Shown: positions 8,536 to 16,819 of the stretch, one piece after another
Position numbering within the stretch: the first letter of the stretch is position 1
Layout: each line of letters begins with the position of its first letter
DNA from: a virus
Virus record (IMG/VR): IMGVR_UViG_3300033141_003735
Direction: 5' to 3' (one strand)
Length of the DNA stretch: 50,972 nt
Made by a program: the position numbers and the translations under genes
The notes under the pieces: generated by a model
Databases searched by the model: none
Told to the model about the DNA's origin: nothing
What the model saw: only the letters and a program-made list of their open reading frames with translations

Positions 8536-8882
8536 TTGGATTGTTCCTTTTTGCTTTTCAGTTCTTGGTAAATCTCATCAACAGTCTTATTACAAATTTT
8601 ACAAATAACTTCTTGCCCTGGTTTTAAATGGTTCTGAATATGTTCAACAAACGTGTCTCCTTTTGATTTTTTCCCCCAGGCTTGAACAATTTTTTCGCAA
8701 TATTCTAATTTGATTTCTTCCCAATCCTCCCGTAGATGCCATTGCCCGTTCCCACGATTCCATTCATCAGTTATTATTTCTATCGCGTCTCCGTCCTTGT
8801 GTAATACTGCTCGAGCTCGAAAATATCCGTTAATTCCCTCGTCCCATTCTTCTAGCACAATCTCTTTTGGTTTATTTTTCAT
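8532..8882 (-). CDS. Hypothetical protein
   Basis: 116-aa ORF coupled to the downstream gene. Confidence 0.35.
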   Translation of the reverse strand: MKNKPKEIVLEEWDEGINGYFRARAVLHKDGDAIEIITDEWNRGNGQWHLREDWEEIKLEYCEKIVQAWGKKSKGDTFVEHIQNHLKPGQEVICKICNKTVDEIYQELKSKKEQSK

Positions 8883-8906
8883 TGGATTGCTCCTTCCTTA
8901 ATTTTG

Positions 8907-9059
8907 TTATCCCGATGAATCATAATGCCAAATTAACTTACATTTATGGCAAACAACTTCGTGATGTGACCCATACCAATTGTGGCTAATATCCATTAAT
9001 TCATGTTTAGCTGCTCGACACTTTTGGTATTCTATAGGGTCTTTTTTCCAGCCATTCAT
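8907..9059 (-). CDS. Small Cys/His-rich hypothetical protein (50 aa)
   Basis: My translation: MNGWKKDPIEYQKCRAAKHELMDISHNWYGSHHEVVCHKCKLIWHYDSSG. Below the ORF-track size cutoff. Confidence 0.3.
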   Translation of the reverse strand: MNGWKKDPIEYQKCRAAKHELMDISHNWYGSHHEVVCHKCKLIWHYDSSG

Positions 9060-9098
9060 CCAGCCTAAATCTTTATATGTGTTTTTTTTGCTCGTTTC

Positions 9099-9368
9099 TT
9101 ACCTCCTTTGTTGGATTGCTCCTTTTTTAGATTTGAGTTTTATAATAAATTCTTCTTGTAAATGTCCCCCAGACCCAAACTCATGAATCCATACAGGACG
9201 GTTCAAAACCACTTCAGTTGCCTTATGAAATATTTCAAATGGTATACAAAGCTTGCTTGTGAATAATTGTAATGCCACAATATCCTCATCCGTCCAATCT
9301 TCGTAAAATTTTGACTTGCTTAACAATATAGCTTGCTTCTTAGACATTGGGTTTAAATTTTCTCTCAT
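9099..9368 (-). CDS. Hypothetical protein
   Basis: 89-aa ORF. Confidence 0.35.
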   Translation of the reverse strand: MRENLNPMSKKQAILLSKSKFYEDWTDEDIVALQLFTSKLCIPFEIFHKATEVVLNRPVWIHEFGSGGHLQEEFIIKLKSKKGAIQQRR

Positions 9369-9384
9369 CCTTTACCTCCTTGAT

Positions 9385-9642
9385 TTAGGTTGCTCCTCTA
9401 TACTGCCTGGATTTCTTAATAATCTCATCTTGTGTTATTCGGCTGCAAGGATAAAATTTAATATCCTTATCCCATTCAACGCCCCGCTCATCAGCCAGAC
9501 GGGCAAAGCATCTCAAGCAAATAATGTCATTCTGTTGTGAGGCATGGACAGCCAGCTTCCATACTTCATCGGGGACTAGGAAACTTATTCGACTCACTTC
9601 GTGACAAAGCGAACAAATTTCTCTATGTGGTTTACGGTTCAT
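9385..9642 (-). CDS. Hypothetical Cys-rich protein (start moved to an internal ATG)
   Basis: MNRKPHREICSLCHEV...CLRC. The ATG at 9642 overlaps the stop of the Lar-like gene. Confidence 0.35.
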   Translation of the reverse strand: MNRKPHREICSLCHEVSRISFLVPDEVWKLAVHASQQNDIICLRCFARLADERGVEWDKDIKFYPCSRITQDEIIKKSRQYRGAT

Positions 9643-9841
9643 TCGTTCTTCCCTTGTTGGGTTGCTCCTTCTCAACCCTTTTATTCCATGCTTCGAATGC
9701 TTCTGCTTCGGTATTCTTCGGTGGCCCTGTTGCATTGCATTCAAAGCACAAAACCCAATAAACCTCTTGCATATCATCCTCAAGAATCACTTTCTCGCTC
9801 CCGCAAAACGGGCAAGGTTTAAGTTTGATTTGTTTAGTCAT
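9632..9841 (-). CDS. lar: Lar-family restriction alleviation-like zinc-ribbon protein
   Basis: LKPCPFCGSEKV...VLCFECNATGPPKNTEAEAFEAWNKR matches the Lar family pattern. Confidence 0.55.
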   Translation of the reverse strand: MTKQIKLKPCPFCGSEKVILEDDMQEVYWVLCFECNATGPPKNTEAEAFEAWNKRVEKEQPNKGRTNEP

Positions 9842-10695
9842 AACTTCCTCTCCCAGTATTTTTTAGACCATTTTGATATTTCTATTTGTATTTCGTTTTT
9901 GTTTAAGCCCTTTTTAGTCAATCCAGCAACCTTCTTTTCCCTGTCTTTCCAGTAATTCTGTTCTTTTTGGGTTTGCTTTGAAGTGCGTTGACCTGGCTCC
10001 TTATATTCAAAATTAATAAATTCCTTCCAACGGTTCTTGTTAAGGAATGTTTTCGGATACATCGGAGCCTGGTTAAAATTATTTTGAATCCGCTGGTATT
10101 TCAAAAACTTTAAATATCCCTTTAAAGCCTTGATGATATCAGAAGATAGTCCTTGCCGGCATCGCACCATAAAAGTTTCTTTAGCATCCTGTTTTTGTGT
10201 TTTTCGTGGATATAGATCCCAAAATTCTTTAAATTCTTTTTCAAAAAGAGAAGAATCTTTTTTGACCTTTTCTTTATTTAATTTTACTTTACTTTCTTTT
10301 ATTTTACTTGTGCTGGAGTTCTCCTGGAGTTCTCCTGGAGTTATTATAGAACCTTCTTTTGGAGATGGTATTTTTGAATCTGCTTCTCTGTCTTTTCTTA
10401 TTATTTGATGTTTTTCAAATACAGTAAATTCGAGATAATAATCCCCATCTGCTTCATATAATATAATAAGCCCTTTTTCAGCCATGTCCTGAAGGTATTC
10501 CCACACTTTCTTTTTTGTCATCTTTAGACGTGGAACTACATGACCTTTCACAACATCAGGATCTGCGGAAAACCTCCCTTCAACATCTAAATGGGGAATT
10601 AACCAGGTATATAAAAGACGTGCTGAATCTGATTTTAATTCAGGTAAAGTCCTGCTTATTGATATCTGTTTTTTTAGCATACGTCCCTCGGGCAT
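9838..10695 (-). CDS. Replisome organizer / replication initiator-like winged-helix protein
   Basis: N-terminus MLKKQISISRTLPELKSDSARLLYTWLIPHLDVEGRF...YLQDMAEKGLIILYE resembles the phage replisome-organizer N-domain. C-terminal FWDLYPRK motif is present. Confidence 0.5.
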   Translation of the reverse strand: MPEGRMLKKQISISRTLPELKSDSARLLYTWLIPHLDVEGRFSADPDVVKGHVVPRLKMTKKKVWEYLQDMAEKGLIILYEADGDYYLEFTVFEKHQIIRKDREADSKIPSPKEGSIITPGELQENSSTSKIKESKVKLNKEKVKKDSSLFEKEFKEFWDLYPRKTQKQDAKETFMVRCRQGLSSDIIKALKGYLKFLKYQRIQNNFNQAPMYPKTFLNKNRWKEFINFEYKEPGQRTSKQTQKEQNYWKDREKKVAGLTKKGLNKNEIQIEISKWSKKYWERKL

Positions 10696-10697
10696 TT

Positions 10698-11135
10698 TTA
10701 TATTTCTTCAAATTCTAAATCAAAATTTAAGAATTTTATTAGTTCGTTCTTATCAACAAATTTAATTTTTTTAGATATTAAACATTCTATTGCAGTTTTG
10801 CTATCGTAAGGATAATTTCCTCTTACTAAGAAAATATCAAATTTATAATCCATGATAACCGTCTTATTTAAAATTTTAAATAATTTTGGTAAAAAGTTAC
10901 GAAATAATCTTTCCTGTCCTCTTTTCATGGATTCGTTATAATTTTTAGATTCAATTAATCTTAATCTCTTAAGATAAACTTTTTGAATTATTAAATCTAC
11001 ATTTATAGCCGTCATTTTATGGTCACAATTTTTGTCAACAAATTTATTTAGAGCTGACCCATAATATTTAAGTTCATTTTCATTTTTATACCATTTTTTC
11101 TCTGGTACGCAATCTGGTAAATTTAGTTGACTCAT
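10698..11135 (-). CDS. Hypothetical protein, weak PD-(D/E)XK-like motif
   Basis: INVDLIIQKVYLKRLRLIESK gives a D-x15-E-x-K spacing; very AT-rich; directly downstream of the methyltransferase. Confidence 0.3.
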   Translation of the reverse strand: MSQLNLPDCVPEKKWYKNENELKYYGSALNKFVDKNCDHKMTAINVDLIIQKVYLKRLRLIESKNYNESMKRGQERLFRNFLPKLFKILNKTVIMDYKFDIFLVRGNYPYDSKTAIECLISKKIKFVDKNELIKFLNFDLEFEEI

Positions 11136-12115
11136 ATGCTTTTTAACCTTTTTGTTATGATTTTGATATTTTCTTCTTCATTGTCTATCGCTAAAACTTT
11201 TCTTTTTAATTCATGACAAGCAATTGGTATTGTCCCGCTACCTGCAAATGGATCTAAAATTAAATCATTTGGTTTGGTAAAGATTTTTATTAAAATTTTA
11301 ATCTCATCCTCTGCTTGTTGCCAGGGATGACCTTCTTTTTCTCTCCCCGTTCCTTTAATTACATCTTCAATTTGATTGTTTATTCTTTTAAATGGTTCTT
11401 TTTGATATATTAGAATTGGTTTATAACCACAAAAAATACTTCTTGGATTTATTAATTGTTTAACTCCAGTGTGTAATATTATAAATTGCCAGTAATAGAC
11501 GAGATTTTTTTCAAAGATCTTAAAAACTTTATTTAGATTTAAAATTCCACTATAGGTAATTAGAAAACCACTCGGTTTTAACACTTTTTTTGCAATTAAA
11601 GATAAATCTTTCCAATCTTTTAAATATTCTTTTGAATATGGGGGGTCTGTTATTATTGCATCAATAGAACCTGGAGGGATTTTTTTGGACTGGTTCTGGA
11701 ATTTTCCTTTCCAAATTTCAATGGTCTTAGGCAATGGAATGTTGTCAAACTCTTTTTCTTTTAACTTATTTTCAATTTTTAATTGAGTCTTTTTTTTCTC
11801 TTTTTTTATAATTCTTATCTCAGAAACCGCTGAATCTATTGAGGATACAGCCAAATCGGAATTCGAATTCCGATTTAATATTTTATGTTCTTTATAAATA
11901 TATTTATATTTCCGTGCTTGTCTTTCTCCAAAGTCTAAATTTTTATTAATCCAATCTATCCACTCGCCATGCTTTAATTTTGCTTTTTCTTGTGTTAATA
12001 AAAAACCTATTCTTTTCCCTTTATTCAAAGCGTTATAAAATCCTTGCTGGATTTCTTTGTGTAATTGATTAATTTCATGAACATTATCTTTAACCATTTC
12101 TGTCCTACTCATCAA
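11132..12115 (-). CDS. DNA methyltransferase (beta-class N6A/N4C, DPPY)
   Basis: Motif IV IITDPPYSKEY precedes motif I ILDPFAGSGT. N-terminal GEWIDWINKNLDFGERQARKY looks like DUF3102. Confidence 0.8.
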   Translation of the reverse strand: MMSRTEMVKDNVHEINQLHKEIQQGFYNALNKGKRIGFLLTQEKAKLKHGEWIDWINKNLDFGERQARKYKYIYKEHKILNRNSNSDLAVSSIDSAVSEIRIIKKEKKKTQLKIENKLKEKEFDNIPLPKTIEIWKGKFQNQSKKIPPGSIDAIITDPPYSKEYLKDWKDLSLIAKKVLKPSGFLITYSGILNLNKVFKIFEKNLVYYWQFIILHTGVKQLINPRSIFCGYKPILIYQKEPFKRINNQIEDVIKGTGREKEGHPWQQAEDEIKILIKIFTKPNDLILDPFAGSGTIPIACHELKRKVLAIDNEEENIKIITKRLKSI

Positions 12116-12254
12116 TCCTCCTGGTAAACTTAACCACGTCTGAAATGTTATGGATAATAATTTTTCCTGATTTTTCTTCCATAAGAAGAATTATTTTTCC
12201 CTTGTATTTAAGGGCAAAAAAATTTTCAATTCTAATTATCGTGAATTTTCTCAT
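12105..12254 (-). CDS. Small hypothetical protein (49 aa)
   Basis: My translation: MRKFTIIRIENFFALKYKGKIILLMEEKSGKIIIHNISDVVKFTRRIDE. ATGA overlap with the HNH stop. Confidence 0.3.
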   Translation of the reverse strand: MRKFTIIRIENFFALKYKGKIILLMEEKSGKIIIHNISDVVKFTRRIDE

Positions 12255-12955
12255 CTTGAAAATCCCCCTCTTAAATATAATTGATTATTTTCAATATCTT
12301 GCCGATAATCTGCAATTTTAATATGTTTCTCTAAATTACATTTAGCACAAAGTATTTGCAGATTATCATAATCATTAGAACCACCTTTAGAAATTGGGAT
12401 GATGTGATCCACATGAAATTTTGTCTCGCATTTTCTTTTACATTTTTCGCATGTAATAACCCCATAATGAAGAATATTATCATTTATAATTTGACTGATA
12501 ATGCCTTTTTTGATTGTTCCGTTAACTCTTCTTTTTAAATTGTCTCGTCTAATACATAATTTTCCCGCAAATGATTGACGGTATTTTTTACTATATATTT
12601 TTACCCTCGCTTTTATTCTATCCGAATTTTTTTTATAATATTCCTTAAGAATTTCTTTGCGTCCTTCATTATATTTTTTCATATATTTTAATTTTTTATT
12701 TCTTAGTTTTTTTGCATTTAATTTATATTTCTCTTTATTTTCTAATGCATAATTTTTATAATATTCTGGATTTTCTCTTTTCCATTTTCTCCAAATCTCT
12801 TTCTTTTTTTCTGAATTATTTAACGCCCATCTTTTCATGGCCAATCTCATTTTTTCTGGATTTTTTCTTCTCCATTCTTTCATATAGCATTTTTTACATA
12901 ATCCAAAAGCTTCATGTTCCTTAAATTCCCCACAATTTTTGCAAATTTTTTTCAT
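12251..12955 (-). CDS. HNH homing endonuclease-like protein
   Basis: FHVDHIIPISKGGSNDYDNLQILCAKCNLEKH is a canonical HNH motif, with N-terminal CxxC...CxxC. Confidence 0.8.
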   Translation of the reverse strand: MKKICKNCGEFKEHEAFGLCKKCYMKEWRRKNPEKMRLAMKRWALNNSEKKKEIWRKWKRENPEYYKNYALENKEKYKLNAKKLRNKKLKYMKKYNEGRKEILKEYYKKNSDRIKARVKIYSKKYRQSFAGKLCIRRDNLKRRVNGTIKKGIISQIINDNILHYGVITCEKCKRKCETKFHVDHIIPISKGGSNDYDNLQILCAKCNLEKHIKIADYRQDIENNQLYLRGGFSR

Positions 12956-12973
12956 AACTTATCCTAAGAAAAA

Positions 12974-13037
12974 GCCCGCCGGTAGCCAACATGAGGAACT
13001 GCCTTGGATAGGCAAATCGACAGACTAATCGGCGGGC
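12974..13037 (-). terminator. GC-rich 8-bp stem (gcccgccg / cggcgggc) followed by U5 on the minus strand. Terminator-like element in the leader of the HNH-methyltransferase unit.
   Basis: Stems read at 12974..12981 and 13030..13037; the minus-strand T-run is the plus-strand aaaaa at 12969..12973; the loop is 48 nt. Confidence 0.4.
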
Positions 13038-13080
13038 ATTTATTTGTTTTCATTTACCAAGTTCCTCATGTTATGTTTAT

Positions 13081-13108
13081 TTTATACCAAATCATTTTTT
13101 TATGTCAA
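13081..13108 (-). promoter_or_regulatory. Sigma-70-type promoter (TTGACA-16-TATAAA)
   Basis: Minus-strand TTGACA at 13108..13103 and TATAAA at 13086..13081. Confidence 0.5.
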
Positions 13109-13174
13109 GAAAAAAAAGCAGGCAGGAAAAAAAAGGATTTTTTAAAGGAGGGGTGAGAAAAAAACCTGCCTGCT
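13109..13174 (-). terminator. Intrinsic terminator candidate after gene 13181..13363
   Basis: 10-bp stem agcaggcagg / cctgcctgct (13117..13126 and 13165..13174) followed by U8 on the minus strand; the loop is unusually long at 38 nt. Confidence 0.45.
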
Positions 13175-13180
13175 GTAGCT

Positions 13181-13363
13181 TCATTTGTCTTGTACGTTTT
13201 CTAGCTTCTCCATAAATTCGATGATATACTTTCCAGTCAAGGCACAGCATCTCCATTTTTCCTTATCGTGTATCTTCTTTTTTTGCTCTGCTTCTTTAGA
13301 TAATTTTTCACATCGTTCCATGTCGGAACATATATACCCTTTTAGCTCTTCCCATTTACTCAT
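13181..13363 (-). CDS. Hypothetical protein
   Basis: 60-aa ORF. Confidence 0.35.
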   Translation of the reverse strand: MSKWEELKGYICSDMERCEKLSKEAEQKKKIHDKEKWRCCALTGKYIIEFMEKLENVQDK

Positions 13364-13459
13364 TTTCTTCTCCTTTGAATAGGCCTTTATAATCTCCTTT
13401 TTCCATTAAAAAGGAGGGTAAAGATGTTAAGCCTCTCCCAGGTTTCATTGTTTATCCTC

Positions 13460-15271
13460 TCATCCCCCTAGCCTTTCAATATTCACCTTGTAGTAAGTTT
13501 TGATTTCTAAATACTGTTTTTTGATTTCATCCGGAACTTTGTAAGATTTTCTTTCATATTCTTTTGACTCTATGAGAAAATCCCCTATGACAGCATTTTT
13601 GCCTTTCATCTGTTTTTTGATTTCATCATCAAGCTGTTTAAACTCTTTTGCAGATTCTTTCAGCTCTTCTCTCCTTAAAAGCTTAGCTTCCAGTTCTTCG
13701 TCAGAATAGATATCAAATCCAGGTCCATAATCTTGTCCAGGAAAACAGGATGTCTTACAGAAATCACAATTACGACATTCATCTGATTTTTCAATATCTG
13801 GCATTTCTTCTTTTTCTACATAGCTATTTACGACCTCAAGTTTTTTCAGGATTGATTCTGTATATTCTAAATGGTCATTGAGATTGAAATTCATCTGATA
13901 TTTTTCACCACTTCCTTTATTCTTGAATAGCAATATCCCTTCATCAGATCCATCCATAAGCATATATAAGAGTATCTGTGCGGGGTATTTCCGGATCCAG
14001 ATATATTTAGAGGTCAGCATTTCTTTTGGAGTTAATTTTTTAATAGCAGGGAAAATATTAGGTGAACAGCTCTTGATGTCTATAGGAATCAATTTCCCGT
14101 CTATTCTGATTTTCCCGTCAATATGTCCTGTAAGCTGAAATTTTTTCCATTCAAAAGAACGCTGCTGTTCAATGATGTCAAACCCAGCTTCTTCAAGTTC
14201 CCTTAATACCGCTTTTTCATGGAGGTTTCCTTCGTCAAATATCCTTTGGAGTCTTACGTCATGGAGCTGTTTTAATTCTGGCTTTAATCTGGACAGCACT
14301 AAAAACCTTACGCATGGATGCCCCGCTTCACTCGCTCTGTTATTGGGATGCGGATATTGTTTTATACGTTTTTCTGTTTCTTGATCTAATCTTTTTACGA
14401 TATCAAGCATTTTCTCGTTGCTTCCAATCCCATCAAAATCTTTTTTCACTTTACCGTATGTAGTCATGAGCCATTTTTCTGTCATTTTTGCAAGAGAATC
14501 GGCATAATGTTCTTTTCCGTCTTTGTCTTTCCATGCTGAATATTGTGCCAATAGTTCTTTAGCTCTTTTTTCATCATTGTTTGCCATCATTAAAAGCATA
14601 TCTCCAAGTTTCTTCTGGACCTCTTTTCCCTTCGCTGATAATCTGGCTTTAGCTTTCTGGCTTCCGGATTTATATTTAATGCCCTGGATCTTTCTGATAT
14701 CAAGCCCAGCTTCTTTCAGATCTTCTGTCGTAACGCTCATTAATCCTATGCACCTTTTTATAAGCCTGGAATAGAGGTTTGTCACAGCCTTTTTCCGGAT
14801 GTTTGCCATATCGATTTCATGGACTTCTTTCAGCTCTCCTCTTACCCAGCCAAAAAACTTATCACGCTGCGAACAGACTCCGATATCCTCAACATACCGC
14901 CCCAGTTTCTTTGAATAGGCTTTTCCAGTCGCTACATAAGAATAATATCTGCCCTTTTCATCCTCTGCCCATTCTTGTTTTAACCTCACTTCTGAAATAT
15001 CAATCCCCCAAGCTATGGCAATGTTCTCTGTCCCCCTATCCATAAGATAAGGTGAATCCTGCTGGAATACCCAGTCTTTTTCTTTTGTTAACCTCAGGGA
15101 AACGATTTTGATACGATTGAAAAACTCAATCTGTTTTTCTACTTTTTGGATCTCTTTTTCAATATCAATCATATCCTTAGAAACATTGATTATTGACATT
15201 TCATTGTCAGGGGCTTCGATTATTTCTTCCTCCCTGATTTCCCCATTTGTTACTTTTTCTTCATTACTCAT
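13460..15271 (-). CDS. Recombination protein: Rad52/ERF-like SSAP domain fused to a Cas4/RecB-like PD-(D/E)XK exonuclease
   Basis: N-terminal half has GVCSQRDKFFG...NIRKKAVTNLYSRLIKRCIGL, which is SSAP-like. C-terminal half has GHIDG...IDIKS plus the Cys cluster HPC...CRNCDFCKTSC. Confidence 0.5.
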   Translation of the reverse strand: MSNEEKVTNGEIREEEIIEAPDNEMSIINVSKDMIDIEKEIQKVEKQIEFFNRIKIVSLRLTKEKDWVFQQDSPYLMDRGTENIAIAWGIDISEVRLKQEWAEDEKGRYYSYVATGKAYSKKLGRYVEDIGVCSQRDKFFGWVRGELKEVHEIDMANIRKKAVTNLYSRLIKRCIGLMSVTTEDLKEAGLDIRKIQGIKYKSGSQKAKARLSAKGKEVQKKLGDMLLMMANNDEKRAKELLAQYSAWKDKDGKEHYADSLAKMTEKWLMTTYGKVKKDFDGIGSNEKMLDIVKRLDQETEKRIKQYPHPNNRASEAGHPCVRFLVLSRLKPELKQLHDVRLQRIFDEGNLHEKAVLRELEEAGFDIIEQQRSFEWKKFQLTGHIDGKIRIDGKLIPIDIKSCSPNIFPAIKKLTPKEMLTSKYIWIRKYPAQILLYMLMDGSDEGILLFKNKGSGEKYQMNFNLNDHLEYTESILKKLEVVNSYVEKEEMPDIEKSDECRNCDFCKTSCFPGQDYGPGFDIYSDEELEAKLLRREELKESAKEFKQLDDEIKKQMKGKNAVIGDFLIESKEYERKSYKVPDEIKKQYLEIKTYYKVNIERLGG

Positions 15272-15472
15272 TTACTTTTCCTCCTTTTCAATTTTTTCCA
15301 TCCAATCCCAGCATTTCTCACAAAATCCATGCTCTCTGATTTTGGAATCCTCATCGAAAAAATAGAACTCACCACAACAGGCACAGATCTGCCCTTCATG
15401 CCGGGGGCTGAACTCATCCAAAAGCTCTGAAAAATTTGCCGGATTGATTCTTTCAAACAATTCTTTTGTCAT
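15272..15472 (-). CDS. Small Cys-rich hypothetical protein
   Basis: 66 aa with CACC...CEKC. Confidence 0.4.
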   Translation of the reverse strand: MTKELFERINPANFSELLDEFSPRHEGQICACCGEFYFFDEDSKIREHGFCEKCWDWMEKIEKEEK

Positions 15473-15745
15473 TTACCCCTCCTTTTTTGCCTTATAACCA
15501 TCTCTGTCTACAGCAACGATTATGTCCCCAGAAACGAATTTTCCCGTAAGATGCACAACCTTATTGAGGTCATCTCTTTCTCTCTTGACATTAGAAATAA
15601 TTTCTAGGTCAACTAGCTCATTAAAAAAACCAAGCTCAAGATGAATATAACGACGGTCAATCGCAATAACAGGGCTTTTGCTATAAAGTTTGCTAAATTC
15701 CTTTCGTATTTTTATTGCTTCTTTTAATACTTGTAATTCATTCAT
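15473..15745 (-). CDS. Hypothetical protein
   Basis: 90-aa ORF. Confidence 0.4.
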   Translation of the reverse strand: MNELQVLKEAIKIRKEFSKLYSKSPVIAIDRRYIHLELGFFNELVDLEIISNVKRERDDLNKVVHLTGKFVSGDIIVAVDRDGYKAKKEG

Positions 15746-15761
15746 AATTCCCTCCCTTTCT

Positions 15762-16244
15762 TTAACCTATTCCTAAGCATTCATCAGAAACCACGGCTTC
15801 TTTTTGAACAGTTTCTTTCCATTCAATTTTACAGTTCGGCATAACTCCGGGGTTATACAACTTAACTCTAACACCAAAAGTAACTTTCTCTTTGGGGCAA
15901 TAGATATACCTTTCAGCTGAAAGATAGTAAATTTGATTTTTCTCGTTAACCCTTGCTTTTCTTTTTAGTTTGGGATTTTCTTCATATTCACTGAGAGCTT
16001 TTTCAATGATGTCACATACAAGTTTAAACTCACCAGGGTAAACTTTTTCTTTCTCTGGATTGTAAACATCCTTAAATTTGCCTTTGCTTATGTCAAAACA
16101 AGAAACTAATGCATTAAAATTAATTTCCCAACCATCAGGCAATGCTGGCTTAATTTTTTGTGCAATCTTGTTTTGAACATGAAGCTCTTTTAGCTTCTCA
16201 TCATACAAACGTTTTGCCTCTTTCCTGGCTTCTTGATAATTCAT
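15762..16244 (-). CDS. Hypothetical protein
   Basis: 160-aa ORF. Confidence 0.4.
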   Translation of the reverse strand: MNYQEARKEAKRLYDEKLKELHVQNKIAQKIKPALPDGWEINFNALVSCFDISKGKFKDVYNPEKEKVYPGEFKLVCDIIEKALSEYEENPKLKRKARVNEKNQIYYLSAERYIYCPKEKVTFGVRVKLYNPGVMPNCKIEWKETVQKEAVVSDECLGIG

Positions 16245-16405
16245 AATTCCCTCCTTTCTTTAAATTCTTTTATCCAGGCCTCATGATGCTCAAGCTGAGC
16301 AATAATGGTGGCCTTAAGATATCGCTTTATTTTTTCTTTTGGGTTCTCAACATCAGTCAACATAAGGATATTATCAACGTGTTCATCTAACTCAGACTCT
16401 TTCAT
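16241..16405 (-). CDS. Small hypothetical protein (54 aa)
   Basis: My translation: MKESELDEHVDNILMLTDVENPKEKIKRYLKATIIAQLEHHEAWIKEFKERREL. ATGA overlaps at both ends. Confidence 0.35.
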   Translation of the reverse strand: MKESELDEHVDNILMLTDVENPKEKIKRYLKATIIAQLEHHEAWIKEFKERREL

Positions 16406-16569
16406 TGATCCCCCTCCTTAAACGCATCCAGAAATGTGTTTTCAAATTCACCTTCGTTATTTACCAAGGCTAGGTCGTCTCCAGATCGATAGATAAAGTA
16501 GTCTGCAAAGCTTTGGTTTGTGTATGCCCAAATCCTTTTGCCTTTTTTAATTGTTTTTTTTGGTAACAT
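16402..16569 (-). CDS. Small hypothetical protein (55 aa)
   Basis: My translation: MLPKKTIKKGKRIWAYTNQSFADYFIYRSGDDLALVNNEGEFENTFLDAFKEGDQ. Confidence 0.35.
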   Translation of the reverse strand: MLPKKTIKKGKRIWAYTNQSFADYFIYRSGDDLALVNNEGEFENTFLDAFKEGDQ

Positions 16570-16632
16570 TTAGCTCCTCCTTTTTTTCTGGATTCAATAG
16601 GTATGTCCAAAATTGAATCCATTGTTTTTCAG

Positions 16633-16806
16633 TCATAATTTCTTTCTCTTATCTGGAATATCTCCGGTATAAATGTAATCCTCGCTGTCCCCTCCTCCTA
16701 AATCAAAACCAATATCAGTGGTTTCGTATGGATCCTCGTCATGTCTTTCGCAGAATTCCTTCCATTCGCCCCAATCATTCGTATAATGCGTCCGTCTTTT
16801 ATTCAA
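16633..16806 (-). CDS. Small acidic hypothetical protein (start revised to TTG after AGGAGG)
   Basis: AAAGGAGGGAAAAATTG precedes ...NKRRTHYTNDWGEWKEFCERHDEDPYE. Confidence 0.35.
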   Translation of the reverse strand: MNKRRTHYTNDWGEWKEFCERHDEDPYETTDIGFDLGGGDSEDYIYTGDIPDKRKKL

Positions 16807-16819
16807 TTTTTCCCTCCTT

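Noticed and set aside
9200-9210. ggttcaaaacc resembling a tRNA T-arm
   Set aside because: It lies within a coding ORF, and no acceptor or anticodon stems can be drawn around it.
12974-13037. tRNA-like cloverleaf suspicion: an 8-bp acceptor-like stem and a 5-bp stem with a 7-nt loop
   Set aside because: The element is only 64 nt. It has no T-arm/GTTCRA motif and no D-arm consensus, and the loop lacks U33 on the minus strand. It is better explained as a leader or terminator structure.
15268-15456. Alternative 62-aa ORF overlapping 15272..15472
   Set aside because: The overlapping 66-aa frame has the Cys-rich zinc-binding pattern and proper coupling to its neighbours; the alternative frame looks like noise.
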